From positions 1 to 64,000 of IMG/VR virus record IMGVR_UViG_3300042898_006838: a stretch of 64,000 bases of DNA. One strand, 5' to 3'. Position 1 is the stretch's first letter. Every line of letters starts with the position of its first letter. This stretch comes from a virus. The notes under the pieces are model-generated. The model had not been told where the DNA came from, did no database searches, and saw nothing but the letters and a program-made list of their open reading frames with translations. The position numbers and the translations under genes were made by a program. Below are positions 25,822 through 34,671 of the stretch, piece after piece.

Positions 25822-28800
25822 CTCGTGACTTCCTTGGCTTCCTGTTTCTGTCTCCTGGCCGCATCTCGACGCCTCTTTATGTCACTGGCAGCGGCCTTGT
25901 TGAAGCCCGCTCTCGTCTCCCCGAGCACGCGTGTGCTCGTCTCGTTGCCTCGCAGCTGGTCCGCAAGCCTCTCCGCCTTCAACGCCGGACCAAAGGTCGT
26001 GAGCTTCGAGCGGTAAGCGACGATGCGCTGCAACATCTGGCCGTTGGCTGTCGAGGCGCTGGCTTTCATTTGCGCCACCTCCTGGACGTCACCGCTTTTC
26101 AGCGCCAAAACCAACTTGTCCATACCTGCGCTCTTGGCGTTGTCTATGAGCTTATCCAGGGCCTCAAGCCCGCCCAGCCCCGTCAACAGCGCGTTGAGCG
26201 TGATCTGCAGGGCTCCAATAGCCAAAGCCACGGCCCCCGCGCTGGCCGACATAAGCGCCGCCACCTGCCCGATGTCTTCCGGACGGCCTTGAAGCACGCG
26301 GCAGAGACGGGCGTTGAAGAGCTTGAGGTGACGCTCCAGGTCCATGATCCATGTCTCGAAAGGCAGATCCCACGTCGTCTCCGGCACCAGGGACAGGATC
26401 AGGTCGGTGACAGCATCTGACGTCAGGACGCATACGTCCACGCCCGCGCTATAGGCCCTCGGCGTTCCCGGGGCCGCGATGGTGAAGGTGATGCCGGTAC
26501 CGCTGCTCACAGCCGAGGTGTAGAGCATTTCGTCTTTGCCGATGTACAGCTTGGCGCCGGGAGGAACGGGAGATAGTGGAATCAGAGGCACGAGCAGGGG
26601 AGGCTTGCTCGGGTCATCGAACTCAGCTCGTAGGATCGTGGATCCAGGTGGCACGACGTCAGGGTCCACCCGCGTCTTGACGCTGGTTGTCGGCGTCGGG
26701 AATGACGTAAGGGTTCCGGGAATGATCTGCAGTGTCGGAGACACGTCAAGCCTCTGCAGGCCATGGTTCTTGGTCGTCGCCGCCGACAAGTTGAACTGCC
26801 AGGTCTCGGCGTCGGCGAGCAGCTGAACGCTGACCACGTCCAAGATCTCCTGCGGCGCACGAGACAGCGAGAAGCGGCGCATCGTCGATGTCACGGGCTC
26901 GCTGACGGCCAGGCTGACGATGACGTGAACGGTGACGCCGTTGTCCACGGCCATGCCGGGCGTGAAGGACACGGACGAGGCTGAAACAGCCGTCACCGTC
27001 GCACGCTGACTGCCGATGGCGATGACGTCGCCGACGCCAATCTCGCTCGTGAACCTGGTCTTCGCCCCTACCCCGTCCCAGACGATGTCGGAGCCGGTGC
27101 AGTTGATGGCCCCGGCCATCGTGGTCGAGCTGTCGAAGTCGATGGTCCGCGCGTCGACGACGGCTGAGACCTGGCCGTAGACCTGGGTCCGCGGATATCG
27201 CCCCTGGACCTGGATCTGGAGCCCAACGTCGCCGGGCTCGAACATGGCCGCCGCCGTCTTCAGCCGCTGCCTGTTGCCTGGCGTCGTAACCTGGCCCCAG
27301 ACATTTCCGTCCAGGCGCGAGAGCCGGCGCGTGGACTCGCCGGTGTCGACCATGGCCCTGCAGACCAGAGGCAGGCTCGCTCCGCCGGGCGTCAGAGCCG
27401 AGATCCTCAGCTCCTCAACCTGCCTAGCCGCCAGCCTGGCGGTGAAGAACATCGAGGCTGGAGCCGTGGTCGCCGGAACCTTGACGAGAGTGACGTTGTC
27501 GACGGCGCCGTTGTGGTAGTCGGCGCTGAGCACGATATTCGTCGGTGATCCGATGTTGTCTACGGACACGACGGTTACGGGCGTGTCGTTCTCGTCGTCG
27601 CTGATGACCAGAAGGTCGCCTGGCCCTACCGAGGCCCCGAAGTTGAAGGCGGTGTTCGTCGCATGTCTGATCTCGGACAGGGACCCGGCGACGATCTTGA
27701 ATCGTTCCGCCGGAAGCCTGATGTCAGGCCGGTAGAGAGCGGTCTTGCGCTTGTCGGCGATGGTGCCTGTGACCTGAGGCTTGTGGTCCATGCCCGAGTA
27801 CGGCGACGACAGGCTGAAGACGTAGTCGCCGGTGACGGCGTCGAAGGTGCTGGAGCTGTAGTTCAGGCGGTGACGATGCTCGCCTTCGCCGCCGACATTC
27901 AGCGACCCGCTGCCGCCGCTGATCTCAGACCGCTGCTGGTACACGTCCGTGAACGTGTCGCGATGCTGACCGGTGACGGTGGCCGTCAGGCCGCTGCCAT
28001 GTGGAACCGCCGACGGCAGGTCGATGAGCGTGAAGACGTGTTCGGCTCCGTCGACGACGAACGAGGAGTAGCGCAGTGTCTCAGCCCACGGCGCCAGCGG
28101 CTCCAGGGTCAGGGAGCCGACGGGAGCGATAGGGTTTGACAGCGACACGGTGAGCCGGACTTCGCTGTCTCCCGGAGCCACGGACTGCGAGATCAGGGCC
28201 TGAACGGTTGGAGCCGGGGCCGTGATCACGCGCGTCACGTTCTGGCGCGGGAATCTCGCGGACACCTGGCTCTGCCCAGATGACAGCGGTGCGCTGAGGA
28301 TCAGCTGCGCCTCTCTATCAGGCCTCTGGATCTCTGGGGTCAACTCGGCGGCAGGATCAATGGCTGGCGGGAGAAGACTCAGGCAGACGCGACCGAATTT
28401 CTCGACCCGTGGCTTGATGGCTCCGAGGTTGGAATCCACGGCCAGAGACAACTCCAGCATCCCCTGTCCACCGCAGAAGTTGTCCATGCGCAGGCCGCAA
28501 GACGACAGCAGGCTGTTGGCCAGCACCAGGTCGTCGGGAACCTCGCCGATGATTCTCACCGTCGACTTCAGAGTCGGCAGCGGCGTCGTCACCTGCTTGA
28601 GGAACTTGTCCATGAGATTGAGACGACTCTGCACCTCTCGACCCAGGGCCTGCAGGGGACCGACAGCCAGGTCCTGGATGGCGCTCTGGATGTCGAGGAC
28701 GAAGCTCTCGCTCGTCGCCGCCGTCAGCACGGTGACGACGGCACTCAGACGCTCCAGGGCCCGAGCCGCTTTTTCCCTGGTCTTCTGGCTGACGTCCAGT

Positions 28801-29636
28801 GACGACATGGTCGTGCACAGAGCGATGTTGCCGATGCTGGCTAGGACGTCATCCTTCACCTTCTGGCTGCCGTCAGCCAGTCCAGACTGAGCTCGTCCCG
28901 AGCGCTGCCTGTCACTACCCGTGTTCAGGGACACGCGCGGGGCGGTCAGGGACAGGCCGACCTGGTCGTCTGGCGGCGGACCGCCTGCCCCCGACTCAAG
29001 GACACGGCCTGGGACCGGTCCGACCTGAGGCCTGACGGCTGACAGCCCGTCGGGGCTGTTGTCTTCCTCGCCGGCCTGACGGCGGGCGGCTCGTCGCCTG
29101 GCCTCTGATGACCGGAGCTCGGCAACGGCGGCGTCAATCTCGTCCTTGAAGGCTGAACTGCTGTCCCTGATGGCCTCAAGGTCTTCACGTTTCGGCGGAG
29201 TCAGCAGCCCGGCGGCGGCGGCGATTGAAATTTTAGCCGTCTCGCTGAGAATGGTCTGAGACAGGGCCTGAAGCTCGTCGAGGATCTCGATGGCCTCGCG
29301 AAGCGTAGCAGCCAAGGCAATATTGACGTCGCCGCTGATCATGGTCATGAACGCTGACTGGATGTCGGCGAAGATGTCGTCGAAGAGTGTTGACGACCCT
29401 GGGCTCGTGCTGGGGATGTTGACGGAGACAGCGTAGTCACCGGCGTCGATAGCCCCTGGCTCCACGGCATCTACGGCCTGATGACCTTGGGTGGCAAGCT
29501 GCTCCCCTGCCAGGCTCGTTTCCTGATCCACTCTCAACGCCAGAGCATCGGCCTCCGTGTCGGCAAGTATCCTGTCGGCGCTTTCATTGACCAGGACCCC
29601 GAGCTCGTCTCGGCTCATGTTGTCGACCGGCTTCAA
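25818..29636 (-). CDS. Large baseplate-region structural protein (helical ends, beta-rich repeated modules in the centre)
   Basis: 1272 aa; overlaps both neighbours by 4 nt; shares repeated modules with the wedge proteins. Confidence 0.65.
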   Translation of the reverse strand: MKPVDNMSRDELGVLVNESADRILADTEADALALRVDQETSLAGEQLATQGHQAVDAVEPGAIDAGDYAVSVNIPSTSPGSSTLFDDIFADIQSAFMTMISGDVNIALAATLREAIEILDELQALSQTILSETAKISIAAAAGLLTPPKREDLEAIRDSSSAFKDEIDAAVAELRSSEARRRAARRQAGEEDNSPDGLSAVRPQVGPVPGRVLESGAGGPPPDDQVGLSLTAPRVSLNTGSDRQRSGRAQSGLADGSQKVKDDVLASIGNIALCTTMSSLDVSQKTREKAARALERLSAVVTVLTAATSESFVLDIQSAIQDLAVGPLQALGREVQSRLNLMDKFLKQVTTPLPTLKSTVRIIGEVPDDLVLANSLLSSCGLRMDNFCGGQGMLELSLAVDSNLGAIKPRVEKFGRVCLSLLPPAIDPAAELTPEIQRPDREAQLILSAPLSSGQSQVSARFPRQNVTRVITAPAPTVQALISQSVAPGDSEVRLTVSLSNPIAPVGSLTLEPLAPWAETLRYSSFVVDGAEHVFTLIDLPSAVPHGSGLTATVTGQHRDTFTDVYQQRSEISGGSGSLNVGGEGEHRHRLNYSSSTFDAVTGDYVFSLSSPYSGMDHKPQVTGTIADKRKTALYRPDIRLPAERFKIVAGSLSEIRHATNTAFNFGASVGPGDLLVISDDENDTPVTVVSVDNIGSPTNIVLSADYHNGAVDNVTLVKVPATTAPASMFFTARLAARQVEELRISALTPGGASLPLVCRAMVDTGESTRRLSRLDGNVWGQVTTPGNRQRLKTAAAMFEPGDVGLQIQVQGRYPRTQVYGQVSAVVDARTIDFDSSTTMAGAINCTGSDIVWDGVGAKTRFTSEIGVGDVIAIGSQRATVTAVSASSVSFTPGMAVDNGVTVHVIVSLAVSEPVTSTMRRFSLSRAPQEILDVVSVQLLADAETWQFNLSAATTKNHGLQRLDVSPTLQIIPGTLTSFPTPTTSVKTRVDPDVVPPGSTILRAEFDDPSKPPLLVPLIPLSPVPPGAKLYIGKDEMLYTSAVSSGTGITFTIAAPGTPRAYSAGVDVCVLTSDAVTDLILSLVPETTWDLPFETWIMDLERHLKLFNARLCRVLQGRPEDIGQVAALMSASAGAVALAIGALQITLNALLTGLGGLEALDKLIDNAKSAGMDKLVLALKSGDVQEVAQMKASASTANGQMLQRIVAYRSKLTTFGPALKAERLADQLRGNETSTRVLGETRAGFNKAAASDIKRRRDAARRQKQEAKEVTR

Positions 29637-30322
29637 AGGAAACGCTCCATCTTCGAGGCCACGGCGCTACGCAGCTGGCTGATCTTGCTCTGGCTGAAGC
29701 CTGTGAGCCTGGCCATGTCCTTGCCGCTGGAAACCTTCTTGCGTCCGTGGGTGCCGGTGGTGAACTCGTAGACGATCTTCTCCTCCGGCGTCAGCTCGTA
29801 CCATATGTCATCGAGGACGGCCTGCTGCCGGCCGCCGACCATGTCCTTGTCCTGCGGGTCCACGAAGCCGCTGCCCATGACGTCCATGCGCAGGCTGCGC
29901 TGCATCGTCAGCACGGCCTTTGGGTTCCAGGACAGGGCGTCGGCGAGCTCACTGGTCGTCGCCGGCCGGCCCTTGGCGCTGGACAGGTCGCCGCTCACGC
30001 GCGTGAACACGCCGATGGACTGGGCCCTGGCTTCCGGGATCGTGGCGATGTTGCTCCTGGCAATGGAGAAGCGGTTAAGGCGCCTGAGGTTGGTGAAGAC
30101 ATAGGTTCGGAAACTGGCACCGGCCGTTGACTTGAAGCCATCAGCGCTGGTCACCAGGATCTTGTCCGCCTCGCTCTCGATCAGGGCCGTGCTGACGCTG
30201 TTGCTGCGGTACTTGTTGACCTGGCTCTGGGTCAGAGGACGGAGCCTTCGACGCAGCTCGTTGAGAGCCGCTAGGTCCTTTTTCATCTTCCATCTGGCGA
30301 CCAGGGCCTCGTCACTGTCCAC
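29633..30322 (-). CDS. RNA polymerase sigma-70 family factor (FliA/WhiG/SigF-like size)
   Basis: 229 aa; region 2-like GASFRTYVFTNLR, region 3-like GRPATTSELADALSW, region 4 HTH ELTPEEKIVY..SGKDMARLTGFSQSKISQLR. Confidence 0.85.
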   Translation of the reverse strand: MDSDEALVARWKMKKDLAALNELRRRLRPLTQSQVNKYRSNSVSTALIESEADKILVTSADGFKSTAGASFRTYVFTNLRRLNRFSIARSNIATIPEARAQSIGVFTRVSGDLSSAKGRPATTSELADALSWNPKAVLTMQRSLRMDVMGSGFVDPQDKDMVGGRQQAVLDDIWYELTPEEKIVYEFTTGTHGRKKVSSGKDMARLTGFSQSKISQLRSAVASKMERFL

Positions 30323-30325
30323 TGG

Positions 30326-33199
30326 CTACCCCCGAAAAGGTGTGTTGCCGTTCATGAGTTTTGTCATGGCCTCTACCAGGCTCTGAATTTCCGGCCTAAA
30401 AGCGTTGCCAGTGTAGCTGGTTTTCGTAACGTCGCGGACCGTAGATTTGAGGACCTGCGTCATCAGCTGTCGCTCGGTGACCATACTTCGGTCCGTGAAC
30501 TGCTTCACAAACAGGTCAGCGGCATCCGGGCTTCGGTCCAGGAGACCTTGGTAGTGGCCGACGACAGTGCGCGGCAGAACGTCCTCGCTCCCGACCGGCG
30601 TGCCGATGGCCTTGTTGTAGTGCACGGTACTCCCGGTGGCCAGCGATGTGCGACTGCCGTACTCGTAGGGCATGGCGCCACAGCCAAGGATCAGGCGGTA
30701 GAGCTTGTCCACGGGCCTGTCGACGTCTCCATCCAGGCCCTTGCCGTTCTTGAACCTCTCGGGAACGTCGTAGTGCTCGGACTCGTGACTGTTCGTGGGA
30801 ACGAGAGAGGACATGTAGTAGGCAGGGAATGAACTCTTCTCCGGGTCCGGGACCTTGTGCGGCCTGCTCTCGCTTCCGTCTTCAGTACCACCGTCCTTGA
30901 ACGCCTCTTTGCCGCCGATCCAGGCATAAGGATCTCCCTCGTCCCAGAACCGTGGAGCGGTGACGGACACGGACGTCGAGGCGTTGCCGCCGCCTCCGCC
31001 GACGGAGATGGAGTGGGTGACGGAGGTGATGAGTCCGATGATGCTGCGGTTGCTGTCTACGACCAGGGTCGGAAATCCAGCTACGGGTCTGGGGTTGAAT
31101 GGCAACTCAAACCTTGGAAGTGACCTCGTCTGGTACCGGCGCCAGAGGAATTCTGTCTCCACGATCTTGGTCATGTACCGGCGGACAGCCGCTTCGTCAT
31201 CATTCCTGGCGATGATGCTGTGAGCCCTGGCCGTGTCGTCGTCGAAGTCGACGACGATTCCTGAAAGCTGTTCTTCCGGCGTCAGGTACGCCCAGTCCGT
31301 GAACGCGCCTGTACCACCTTTTTCTTCGACGATGCTCTGCTCTTCGCTTTCAGCCACCAAGCTCTGCCCAGAGTCGTCGCTGTTCGGCTCCACGGCCTCT
31401 GGAAGAAGGCCGACGAAGACGTGCTTGCCTTTGACCAACTTGCTCGTGCCCGTGGCGTTGAGGATCGCCAGCGGATTACTGGGTACGCCGTTCTTGATGT
31501 ACTCGAAGTGCAGGTGCTTGCCAGTGACGCGTCCGCTTTGACCCATGACACCGATGATCTGTCCGCTCTCTACGGTAGCACCGGTGACGACGTTGGCCGG
31601 GATGGATCCCGGTTTCAAGTGGAAGTAGTTCGTACGCACGCCGTTGGCGTGGTCGATGTTCACCTGGTAGCCGGCAAACGACGTCGGGCTGGCGATGCCG
31701 GCGAAGGATACGATGCCTTTGTCGATGGCTCTGATCTTCACATTCCCGGACGCCGAGAGATCAATGCCTTGGTGATTGGCAACCTTGCCAGTCGTTGGGT
31801 GTATTCGGCTTCCGAAGCCACTGGTCTCCTGGTACGCACCGATGATCGGAGAGCTCATGCCGGCACGTGCTACGGATGGCACGGCTCCGGCCGGGATCAC
31901 GGCGCTGGATCCGAAGTTGCCGGGCCCGAAGTACATGTCATAGACGCCCTCTTCCATGGCGATGGTGGTGATGAAGCGTGTGGGCTCCGCCATCAGGTCT
32001 CGCTGCATACCGAAGCTGGTGGTGTCGCGAGGGAAGATGACGTTACATCGAGGGATGGCTGCGAACCTGGTGTCTGGAAGGCACAGGTACTGGGCCAGCA
32101 GCGGCTTGGTCTCCAGACCCTCGTCGACGGTAGCAGCCTTGACTCCGCCGCTGACCGCGTCCAGGCGCACCAACTCGTCACGCAGCGACTGCAGCGTCTT
32201 GACCAGTGAGTCAAGATTCTGATCTTCGATGTCGACGGTGGCGTCGGCAAAGGCCTGTTTTACGTCAGCGTCTATCTCACCGTTGCTGGTCTCGGACGTG
32301 ATCGTGATCGACACCTGGTCCTCAACGCCGAGACCACCAGCCGACAGCACCTGCTTGATCTGGCTCTGGACCTCATCTGTAAACTTTCCTACCAGCTGAG
32401 GAGCCGTAGGAGTCCCGTCCTCGACGAGGCGTGGCTGTGGATTGCAGATTATCTGGTACCGAAACACGGCCAGTGTGTTCTCGATGATCTGCATCAGCGA
32501 CGTCTGACCGCTGACGCTGAGGACATCGTTTTTCATCACCGACAGCAGGTTTTCTCGACTCAGTAGCAGGTCAATGTTCTCATCTTTCGGCGACATCCAA
32601 CGCGCGTCGAGGAGCAGGTTGGCATTGGCTTTGTTGAAGAAGACGTTTCCGTTCGGCTCCTTCATCGACTCGTTCATGACGTTGACGGCCACGGACTGAT
32701 GGCTCTTGTCGCTGTTGGCGGCAAAGACTTGTTCGAGACGCGATGACAGGCTTGCACCTGACACGGGTGCGTCGATGCCCACGGACCCACTGTTGCCGAA
32801 GAAGGCGTTGATGCGGGTGGCGGCAATAGGGGCCGGGAATCCGCCGCGGCTGGTGTCGTAGTAGTAGAGCTTCATCTGCTCCCAGTACGTGGAGTAGCCA
32901 GCGCAATGGAATGACAGGTTCCTGCTCGACGGCGTCTTGGAGAAGCTGTCACCCACGATCTCGCCCTCGAAGAGCAGCGGCCAGTCGTCTTCGTCGTGGT
33001 TCTCGCGGATATCTAGGTCACTGTAGAAGACATGGACGCGCGCGCGCTTGAACCCCTCGTACTCGATTCCGGGCACAGGTGGGACGGTGAGGCTGGCCTC
33101 GGAGTTCTTGCTGTTGGATCCGCTGACGCTGACGGAGCTGACCTTGCTGACCAAGATACCTTCGATGAAGACGCGGAGCTGGATGTGGTCTGTTCTCAC
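30326..33199 (-). CDS. Baseplate hub-like protein with inserted M23 metallopeptidase domain
   Basis: 957 aa; intact M23 motifs HQGID and HLH at about 31460-31850; hub-like LRVFIEG..LLFEGEI N-terminus and GLITSVTHSI C-terminal motif. Confidence 0.8.
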   Translation of the reverse strand: MRTDHIQLRVFIEGILVSKVSSVSVSGSNSKNSEASLTVPPVPGIEYEGFKRARVHVFYSDLDIRENHDEDDWPLLFEGEIVGDSFSKTPSSRNLSFHCAGYSTYWEQMKLYYYDTSRGGFPAPIAATRINAFFGNSGSVGIDAPVSGASLSSRLEQVFAANSDKSHQSVAVNVMNESMKEPNGNVFFNKANANLLLDARWMSPKDENIDLLLSRENLLSVMKNDVLSVSGQTSLMQIIENTLAVFRYQIICNPQPRLVEDGTPTAPQLVGKFTDEVQSQIKQVLSAGGLGVEDQVSITITSETSNGEIDADVKQAFADATVDIEDQNLDSLVKTLQSLRDELVRLDAVSGGVKAATVDEGLETKPLLAQYLCLPDTRFAAIPRCNVIFPRDTTSFGMQRDLMAEPTRFITTIAMEEGVYDMYFGPGNFGSSAVIPAGAVPSVARAGMSSPIIGAYQETSGFGSRIHPTTGKVANHQGIDLSASGNVKIRAIDKGIVSFAGIASPTSFAGYQVNIDHANGVRTNYFHLKPGSIPANVVTGATVESGQIIGVMGQSGRVTGKHLHFEYIKNGVPSNPLAILNATGTSKLVKGKHVFVGLLPEAVEPNSDDSGQSLVAESEEQSIVEEKGGTGAFTDWAYLTPEEQLSGIVVDFDDDTARAHSIIARNDDEAAVRRYMTKIVETEFLWRRYQTRSLPRFELPFNPRPVAGFPTLVVDSNRSIIGLITSVTHSISVGGGGGNASTSVSVTAPRFWDEGDPYAWIGGKEAFKDGGTEDGSESRPHKVPDPEKSSFPAYYMSSLVPTNSHESEHYDVPERFKNGKGLDGDVDRPVDKLYRLILGCGAMPYEYGSRTSLATGSTVHYNKAIGTPVGSEDVLPRTVVGHYQGLLDRSPDAADLFVKQFTDRSMVTERQLMTQVLKSTVRDVTKTSYTGNAFRPEIQSLVEAMTKLMNGNTPFRG

Positions 33200-34656
33200 G
33201 AGCGTCGCTCCACGGTCAGGTAGAAGTATGATGGTCGAACAGTACGACGGCCGAACCCGGATGACGGCATCTTGGTGACGGAGAATGACACGTCTTCACC
33301 CGTCGAACGGCCAATCAACTGACCGGGTTCTATGACCAGACCCGAGACCAGCTCGTCTATCACGGACACGGGCTCCAGGCGCATGGCCATGCCCGTGTCC
33401 GTGGACACGACCACGAAACGGCCACGCGGCGTCCGGCCGGCCTCGGTCACGCGACCGCGAACGGGCGACAAGATCTCGCGTCCGGGCAGGCACGACATCA
33501 GGTCCGACCTGGATCCGTTTTGCCCCCAAACCGAGATGAGTCTGCCGTGTGGCACGGGCTGAACCGTCCGCGGACCAAAGTCACCTGGCACCGGGATGTA
33601 TTCAGGCTCCACCTCCGCAGACGCGATGACGGCCGCTGGCACCGCGCTGGCACTGGCTAGCGGGTCGTACGGCACGTACTGGGGAACAAGAGATATGACT
33701 TCCCTGACCACGAACAGGGTGTAGAAGTATTTCGTGCCGTTTTCGACTTCGACGTCGTTGTGCGACCTCGACAACCCCTGGTACACGAGTTCGCCATCCC
33801 CGGGAGTCAGCGGATATCCGGCTGTTGAACGTCTGAGTTCAAAGCGTTCGACCCTTAGCGACGGGTTCGTGGTCCAGTAGAGGCTGACCATGGTGTCGAG
33901 ACCGCTGATAGCGAAGAGTCTAGGCGTCTCTACAATTCCTTCGTCGGTGTTGAACTGCCAGCTGGAGCTGGCTGTGTTGCCACCGTTGTCCGCCACGGCT
34001 ACGGCCACGGTGTAGACCTCGAAGTAGAGCAGAGGCTGAAGGCCGAAGACATCTACATGCACGCCGTCGACGATGGACGTGATCGATCCCGTGTACCCGG
34101 TCTGAAAGACGCCGTTGACCACGGCCGCGCTGACGAAGTCATCGCCGTTGATGAAGACGTTGACGGTGGCCGGATTGATCCCGGAGCCGTTGACGTCCAT
34201 GGCGTCGAAAGAGACGTGCGAGGACACGGGGACGGAGAAGGAGCCGGGGACAGGGAGCTTGTTGACGATCGTCGGCGGCTTTAAGTCGCCGGTGGCAAAG
34301 TTCCACGATGAGCTGGCGCTGTTGGCGATGGCCGCGCTGTCCTGCACGAAGACTGAGACCGAGATCGAAGACAGACTCTGGAAGTCGGCGCTGGGGTTGA
34401 TCTCGACGTGAAAACCATCAACCACCGGCGTGATGGCCGCGAGGAAGCCGAGCTGCGTGACTCCGTTGACCAGGGCCGGGGTGCCGTCGACGTCGACTTC
34501 CAGGGTCGCGATGTTGATCCCAGATCCCTCGTCCATGACATCGAACGAGACGTTGACGGACTCGGGTACGTTGAGAGACGCGGGGGCCGGCGACCTGTTC
34601 ACGATCGTCGGCGCCACGATGTCGCTGTCGAACTCGCCGATGAAGACTTCTGGCAT
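33196..34656 (-). CDS. Ig-like/FN3 domain virion protein with degenerate M23-like C-terminus
   Basis: Two APTIVN..P..NVP..VSFD..GIN Ig-like repeats, FN3-like VSLYW..YFYTLF, then ILSPVRGRV..GQLIGRS without Zn ligands. Confidence 0.65.
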   Translation of the reverse strand: MPEVFIGEFDSDIVAPTIVNRSPAPASLNVPESVNVSFDVMDEGSGINIATLEVDVDGTPALVNGVTQLGFLAAITPVVDGFHVEINPSADFQSLSSISVSVFVQDSAAIANSASSSWNFATGDLKPPTIVNKLPVPGSFSVPVSSHVSFDAMDVNGSGINPATVNVFINGDDFVSAAVVNGVFQTGYTGSITSIVDGVHVDVFGLQPLLYFEVYTVAVAVADNGGNTASSSWQFNTDEGIVETPRLFAISGLDTMVSLYWTTNPSLRVERFELRRSTAGYPLTPGDGELVYQGLSRSHNDVEVENGTKYFYTLFVVREVISLVPQYVPYDPLASASAVPAAVIASAEVEPEYIPVPGDFGPRTVQPVPHGRLISVWGQNGSRSDLMSCLPGREILSPVRGRVTEAGRTPRGRFVVVSTDTGMAMRLEPVSVIDELVSGLVIEPGQLIGRSTGEDVSFSVTKMPSSGFGRRTVRPSYFYLTVERRS

Positions 34657-34671
34657 CAGCGTCTCACTTTG

